Assembly (NCBI GenBank): GCA_964016885.1 | Contig: OZ024755.1 | Span: 24,428,001-24,492,000, forward strand | DNA length: 64,000 nt | Direction of reading: 5' to 3' | Source: Eledone cirrhosa | Taxonomy: Eukaryota | Shown here: piece by piece, positions 57,095 to 64,000 of the stretch | How the letters are laid out: each line of letters starts with the position of its first letter | How positions within the stretch are numbered: position 1 is the stretch's first letter | Notes under the pieces: generated by a model | The model's input: the letters and a program-made list of their open reading frames with translations, nothing else | Told to the model about the DNA's origin: nothing | Databases searched by the model: none | Position numbers and translations under genes: made by a program

Positions 57095-57392
57095 TATGTA
57101 ATAAGAATATTTATATATATATATGTTTAATACAATTATAAATATGGAGGGTAGTACTAAGTAAGTACTAGCCTGTTACCGGTATGACAAAAGGCTCAAT
57201 GCCGAGATACAAAGTGTTAAAACAATCAAATTTTAATTTAGAACATTTATTCGCTGACAATTGTTTCTTCTAGAGGGAAGTCTGGAATCATCATTCCAGA
57301 CTTCCCTCTGGAAGAAACAATTGTCAGCAAATAAATGTTCTAAATTCAAATTTGATCGTTTCAACACTTTATATATATATATGTATATATAT

Positions 57393-57466
<74 letters not shown>

Positions 57467-57602
57467 TTTGGGAAGGTCATGTTGCCAATAAGAAACATAC
57501 GCACCAGTTGCTTTCACTCCAATTTATTATAAATTGAATTTAAGAATTTATAAATTTCTGGTTGGTTGGCTGGTTGCACAACCGGACAGTTGTTCATATA
57601 TT

Positions 57603-57645
57603 GTCAAAGTTCTTTCGTCACACATTCTGTGACCTCTTCAGTGAC
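57603..57645 (-). ncRNA. Compact hammerhead candidate
   Basis: GUCA-CUGAAGA-G-GUCACA(GAAUG)UGUGAC-GAAA-GAAC-UU-UGAC. One unpaired G before stem II. Lies between inverted arms 57462-57558 and 57650-57761. Confidence 0.55.
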
Positions 57646-57825
57646 TGGGGAAATTTATAAATTCTTAAATTTATAAATTTATAAATTTAATTTATAATAA
57701 ATTGGAGTGAAAGCAACTGGTGCGTGTGTTTCTTATTGGCAACATGACACTTCCAAAGCATAACAATATCGGTTTAAACACACGTTTTCAGATAAAGAAT
57801 CATGCTAAACAAATTCAGAAACGAA

Positions 57826-57856
<31 letters not shown>

Positions 57857-57889
57857 ACATTTATTTGCTGACAATTCTATTGACTGATT

Positions 57890-58430
57890 AATCGCTTAAG
57901 TTTGTTTTTAAAATAACTCGGTAGAGAGCTTAATTCGTTTTGTGCGGTTTTTGCAAATTTTTGCAATAACTACACATGCTGAATTCACTGGCCAAAATAG
58001 GGGTTTTCTCCCCTTAGAATCTCACATGTGTTTTCATAAGCGTCGAAATTCTGGCGCAAGAAGAACAAAAACATGTTGAGAAAGCTATGCCTTGTTCGAT
58101 CATTATATCAAAAGCTTATTTTTTATAAGCAGACAGCATTATTGATTTAGGTGTTGCAGAAACACAATTTCAGAGTGTTCCATCTTCCCCGCGGGTCCGG
58201 GTAAATATTTCAATCATATCTCATTTTGTTTGACCCGTTTAGCTTGTTCGCTTTTTTGGCTATGGTGGTTAATGAATGGCTTCTTAACCATCGTCTCAGC
58301 GTGTATGACCATTTTAACTTATGTTTATAGCTCTGGTATCATCTTCTTCATATCCATGGAGCGCTTGTCTGCACAATATGGAAGTTGCGTTTCGCTAATT
58401 TCTACCCGCCGAAATGCGATTTTCGCTAAA
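57890..58430 (-). mobile_element. Possible highly decayed hAT transposase
   Basis: QLPYCADKRSMDMKKMIPEL weakly resembles HCxIHRxxLxxKKMxPEL. Confidence 0.3.
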
Positions 58431-58454
58431 TTTATATTTATATATTTATATATG

Positions 58455-58493
<39 letters not shown>

Positions 58494-58975
58494 TGAGAAT
58501 GTTTTAAAAAATGTAATTGATGTCGCTTTTGCGCCAATTTGCCAACATTTCTTTACTTTAGCGACACAAGTTGGCGAAAGTAGGAAGGGGTAGGCTGTAT
58601 ATTGTGTATATGCACCTAGTCAACCCCTGGAAATCACTACGGTTTCGGTTATTAAGGTTGATACCATTCATTCCAGTATAGATTGGGGACATAACAAAAC
58701 AGGTAGAGACAAATATGCCTTTAGACAAATATCCCAAGTGCGTCAACTGACAAAGATCGAGAGAACGGTGCGCGAGTGCTTAGCCAAAGGAGAATAAAAT
58801 AGACATCACACCACCCGGTTTGTCTTCCTCAATTCTCCCTGCTTACATTTTCTACGACTCTGTCATTCGTCTTTGTCTGCGCATCTGTCATTCGTCTTTG
58901 TCTTATTCTCTTCCGCTTTACTACTTTTCTCCTTTCTATATTTTTTCACCTTTGGTTAAAAGGACAAGAACCCTA

Positions 58976-59346
58976 AGCATGACCGCTGCCTATCTACTGA
59001 CAGAAACTTGTAAATGCCTACTGCCCCAACATGGCCGCTGTCTACTGACTGAAACCAGTAAATGACTACTGCCTCAGCATGACCGCTGTCTATTGACTGA
59101 AACCAGTAAATGACTACTGCCCAGGATGGCCGCTGACTACTGACTGAAACCAATAAAAACTACTGCCCCAGCGGGGCCAATATCTACTGCCTGAAACTTG
59201 TAAAAGACTACTGCCCCAGCATGACCGCTGTCTATTGACTGAAATCATTATAAGACAACTGCCCGAACATGGCCGCTGTCTACTGCCTGAAACCAGTAAA
59301 TGACTATTGCCCCAACATGGCTGCTGTCTACTGACTGAAACCATTA
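58976..59346. repeat. 48-bp minisatellite, ~7.7 copies
   Basis: Consensus CATGACCGCTGTCTACTGACTGAAACCAGTAAATGACTACTGCCCCAG, starts at about 58978, 59030, 59078, 59125, 59172, 59220, 59268, 59316. Confidence 0.9.
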
Positions 59347-59865
59347 AAACAATGAAAAAGTATCACGTCATTAATTTATCTTATTTTATTATTATTATTA
59401 TTATTTTTCGCTATTCATTTTTCAACCTCTAATTTATCATTGGTTAATAAATTTGATGTCACATCTTCTCCGAGATTGGAAGTTGTTGTTGTCTATTGTT
59501 GTCCGAATAAGGTCACCTATATGACATCAATTTCAGTTGCTATTTACCACCTGTTGACCGACAGTTGATCCCCTCCGATAGTGAGGTCACCCGTGGAATT
59601 AATTGCTTTTCAATCTCAGACAAGAATATCGGCGAATATTTTCCCCTGTATAAGATGTTTTGTGTATTGGGGAATTGTATGTATGTATGTATGTATGTAT
59701 GTATGTATGTATGTATGTATGTATGTATGTATGTATGTATGTATGTATGTGTGTGTGTATGTATATATGTATGTATGTATGTGTGTATGTATGTATGTAT
59801 GCGTGTGTTTGTATATGTGTGTACACAAATACTACATACACTCCCACACTCGCCCAGAATATATG

Positions 59866-59960
<95 letters not shown>

Positions 59961-60022
59961 AGTAGTAGTAGTAGCAGTAGTAGTAGTAGCGTATATACGC
60001 ACACATACACCCGCACACACAG

Positions 60023-60096
<74 letters not shown>

Positions 60097-60229
60097 TGAG
60101 AGGAATCGTAATTACCGCTGTTGGAGCATGAAGAGCAGAGGAGGTAGTAGAGAAATAATTATCTGGGCGGAAATGTAGGCAGTCTGTGAGATTACTAGGA
60201 ATAAATAAATAAACAAATCTAATAAATAA

Positions 60230-60317
<88 letters not shown>

Positions 60318-60937
60318 GTAGGCTGGGAAGGTTGGTAAACAAAAGCAAATAGAAAAGCAGTCGTTGTAGACAAGTATAATCTAAACAAACAGTAACATAC
60401 AATCAAGTAGCCATGACAGCAAACAGGAAATTGAAGGCAGCCATTGTTGTAAGAGTCATTTTGGCCGACTGGATATGTTATTAGTTGTTTAGTTAATATA
60501 TTGTTGTTGTTGTTGTTGTTATCATTTTGATCTTTGCGTAGTGTGTTGTGATATCGTCTACCGCCACAGTCGTTGTGTTGTTAGGTCTCGTGACAAGTAG
60601 CTGGCACCATGAGGCAACATCTACCTCTGGGTTTACACTTCAGAGACTGAACGGGCAGACGAAAGGACGTTACAAATTTAATTGGTTGATTCCTGATGTT
60701 ATCAATCATATATATATATATAGTAATAATAATAAATTTGAAGACTAAAATCCAAAGAGGGCTCGATAAGGATAAATATATATCAAATATATAAGAACCG
60801 TAGAGCAAATATTTATTAAAATAATAGATTAAAGTTTAAGCAAAGAATCGGTGCTTTCACCCTTAACGGGATCTTCTGAAGATCCCGTTAAGGGTGAAAG
60901 CAGCGATTTTTTGCTTAAACTTTAATCTGTTATTTTA

Positions 60938-60975
<38 letters not shown>

Positions 60976-61010
60976 TAAAATAACAGATTAAAGTTTAAGC
61001 AAAGAATCAC

Positions 61011-61311
61011 TCCAGTTCCCCAGTGAATTAACAACCCAACAAGGAACTGGGCATATCAGAGTATTGACAATATCATACACCTAAATAACATATGTACTTG
61101 TCTATACCATACTAATTCAAACTGCCTGAAGAGGTCACAGCCAAAGATGGCTGTCACTGAAATATATATAGCAGTAATAAACGAAGCTAAATTTTAATCA
61201 TTTGACTTTTATTTAACTTTATTTTACACTACTCCGGAGTAACCAAACCAACCTGCGCACTTCGTCGAGTGCTCCAGCCTGCATACTAAGGTGTTGGTAT
61301 ACAACCAACAT
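61011..61311 (+). mobile_element. Family H1 copy 3, most complete collinear copy (~300 bp)
   Basis: Body plus tail contiguous, no ORF, (TA)n nearby on both sides. Confidence 0.9.
61121..61175 (+). ncRNA. Minimal type I hammerhead ribozyme (H1)
   Basis: ACUGC-CUGAAGA-stem II-GAAA-UAUAUA-UA-GCAGU. Cleavage predicted after 61170. Confidence 0.85.
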
Positions 61312-61415
61312 AAACTCAAAATATATATATATATATATAATATATATATATAATATATATATATAATATATATATATATATAATATATATATATATAATA
61401 TATATATATATATAA

Positions 61416-61471
<56 letters not shown>

Positions 61472-61768
61472 TTATTCAGGTTTGAGGTTCACCACTGTAT
61501 AGAGCTGGTCTATTCCGTATGGTCAATCGTAATGCAATAATATAGAGAGTACTCAACGTAAAGCAGTTCAACCGTCTTTGTTTTTGTAGTTGGTGGTGCT
61601 CAACATTGGTGGTGCTCATATTGAATATTGATTATTACATTTTTTTAACTTCATCCTAGAAGTCTAAACACTGTAAAACACTGACTCCCAATATATTCAT
61701 CTCCGCTAAGATGCGGGTCCCTGTGAAAATTTTCTCGCGCTACTCCTGGCTTGACTGTGGTCTGACAT

Positions 61769-61957
61769 TAATTGTTTCTACTATTGGCACAAGGCCAGAA
61801 AATTACTCAGTACATTACTGGTACTTTATTTTATCGACCCCGTAAGGATGAAAGGCAAAGTTAACCTCGGCGGGATTTGAACTCAGAATGGCAAGGGCCG
61901 TAACTCTATGCGTCAAAGCATGGCGTCCGAACCTCTACCGATACTGCCAATCCACCG
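61769..61957 (-). mobile_element. Family N SINE, full length
   Basis: Reverse complement of 26911-27101. Confidence 0.9.
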
Positions 61958-62407
61958 ACATTAATATCGACCTTTCTTCCTCTTCCTTTCTATCTTCCTT
62001 CTTGTAGCCATCAACCCTTACTTTTCTACTTCTCTCTTCCCTTCCTTCTCTCCTCTCCTCCTCCCGCAGACTTATCTTCCTTCCCCCTCTTGCTTGCCTA
62101 TATCTGACCAGTAGTAGTTACCTTCCTCTTTTAGCTGACATTAACCCTGACTTCTCTTCTTCTTTCTTCCCCCTTCTTCTCCTTCCTTTCTTTCTTTCTT
62201 TTACCTTGTGTCATGGGATCGACGTTAACCTATGCTCCCATCTCTTTCTGGTTTCGTTCATCTGACCGGTAGTAGCATACTATAAAATTTAGCCACGTCA
62301 CTCCAGGGCGACCGGCTGAGGTTGAAGGAACAGAATAGCGGTCGCCCTCGGGTCTCGATTTTCAGCCCCATGGATTTTACCTATTACATTCACGTATTAT
62401 ATTTCGA

Positions 62408-62465
62408 ATACCTGATGATATCACCGGATTCATACGGAACCCGGTCATTGAAATGATCATAGTAT
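62408..62465 (+). ncRNA. Minimal type I hammerhead ribozyme (H5)
   Basis: AUAC-CUGAUGA-UAUCACCGGAUUC(AUACG)GAACCCGGUCAUU-GAAA-UGAUCA-UA-GUAU. Perfect palindrome AUGAUCAU. Confidence 0.75.
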
Positions 62466-62513
62466 AATAAACCTTTCAAGGATTTACACAAATCCAGCCT
62501 CCTGTCATTTCAT

Positions 62514-62623
<110 letters not shown>

Positions 62624-62630
62624 CATATAT

Positions 62631-62673
<43 letters not shown>

Positions 62674-62674
62674 T

Positions 62675-62805
<131 letters not shown>

Positions 62806-62971
62806 AAAGATAGACATTGTTGCCTCCATAGTAACTAACGAGTTTGAGGAGAGGAGTGAAAATTTGTTGTTGAGAGATAAATACAGTGAGGGAGAGAGAG
62901 AGAGAAAGTGTGGGTGTGAAAGTTAGCGAAATAGATAACGTTATTTACTATTGCTAAATATTAGTAAATAT

Positions 62972-63069
62972 TAGTAAATAGCTGTTTCTACTTTTGGCAC
63001 AAGGCCAGCAATTACCCAGTACAATAAATTGCTGTCCTTGTGCCAAAAGTATAAACAGTTATTTACTAT
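62972..63069. repeat. Hairpin made of two inverted family N SINE tails
   Basis: Arms of ~42 bp with a ~13-nt loop. Confidence 0.85.
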
Positions 63070-63338
63070 TGCTAGAAAGTAGAAAGAGTTATTTATTAAC
63101 TTATGAAAACAATAGATAAACTGAATATATAATAGCAACAAACTTCTTCATTCATAGCTCCTGCTATGAAGAAGGAGAACTGGGAAGATGGTCAACCACT
63201 AAGATAGAGAAGGATGAGCTTTATGAACTCGGCATAGTCTTTTCGGGGATGACCTCCAGAAAGCAGTACTGTATTGTAGTTTGTGTTTTCTATAGTTAGT
63301 AAATAACGTTATGTTGTGTATGAACTATAAAGCAACCG

Positions 63339-63433
<95 letters not shown>

Positions 63434-63497
63434 ACACACAGACACACACAGACACACACAGACACACACACAGACACACACACAGACACACACACAG

Positions 63498-63528
<31 letters not shown>

Positions 63529-63885
63529 TATATGCATAAGTATTGCAAACTTCACACAGACATCTGCTTTCAATAACTATTATATGGGGGTGTCGTACTA
63601 ACGAATGTTAGACGCCATTTTGATGTAGAACCCGCTGATATAATTTATATACACTTGTTCGTTGCTTTGATGGACTCCGTTAATGTTTCTTAACTTGACA
63701 AAGCAGTTTATTTCTGTAAACATGACAGACACCACCACCCGAAAGAGCTGCTCTCCTTCACACTGTAACATTGGACATACACATTGAAATATAAATATAT
63801 ATGTATATATGTGTGTGTGTCTGTGTGTGTATGTATATACTGTACATACATATACATACATTTATACTATACATATCTATGTATG

Positions 63886-64000
<115 letters not shown>

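Overview
AT-rich, microsatellite-saturated animal DNA. The tRNA-derived SINE families and the (TA)n/(CA)n/(CAT)n load point to a coleoid cephalopod, probably Octopus (inference). I find no intact protein-coding gene. Nearly all listed ORFs are translations of simple repeats; the few real protein fragments are transposon relics (three mariner, hAT/Buster, Tx1-like, RTE, R4/Dong, CR1). Roughly 20 SINE copies, three MITEs and several minisatellites are present, three of the latter grown from SINE 3' ends. The main unexplained signal is a set of minimal type I hammerhead ribozymes (stem I-CUGANGA-stem II-GAAA-palindromic stem III-NUH-stem I'). Six look intact and about six are variant or decayed. 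They belong to several short non-coding families sitting in or beside (TA)n tracts, one a ~300-bp element seen three times. Many fold-back palindromes are centred either on the hammerhead helix II region or on (TA)n. This resembles Penelope-associated or non-LTR retrozyme elements. All folds and alignments were done by eye.
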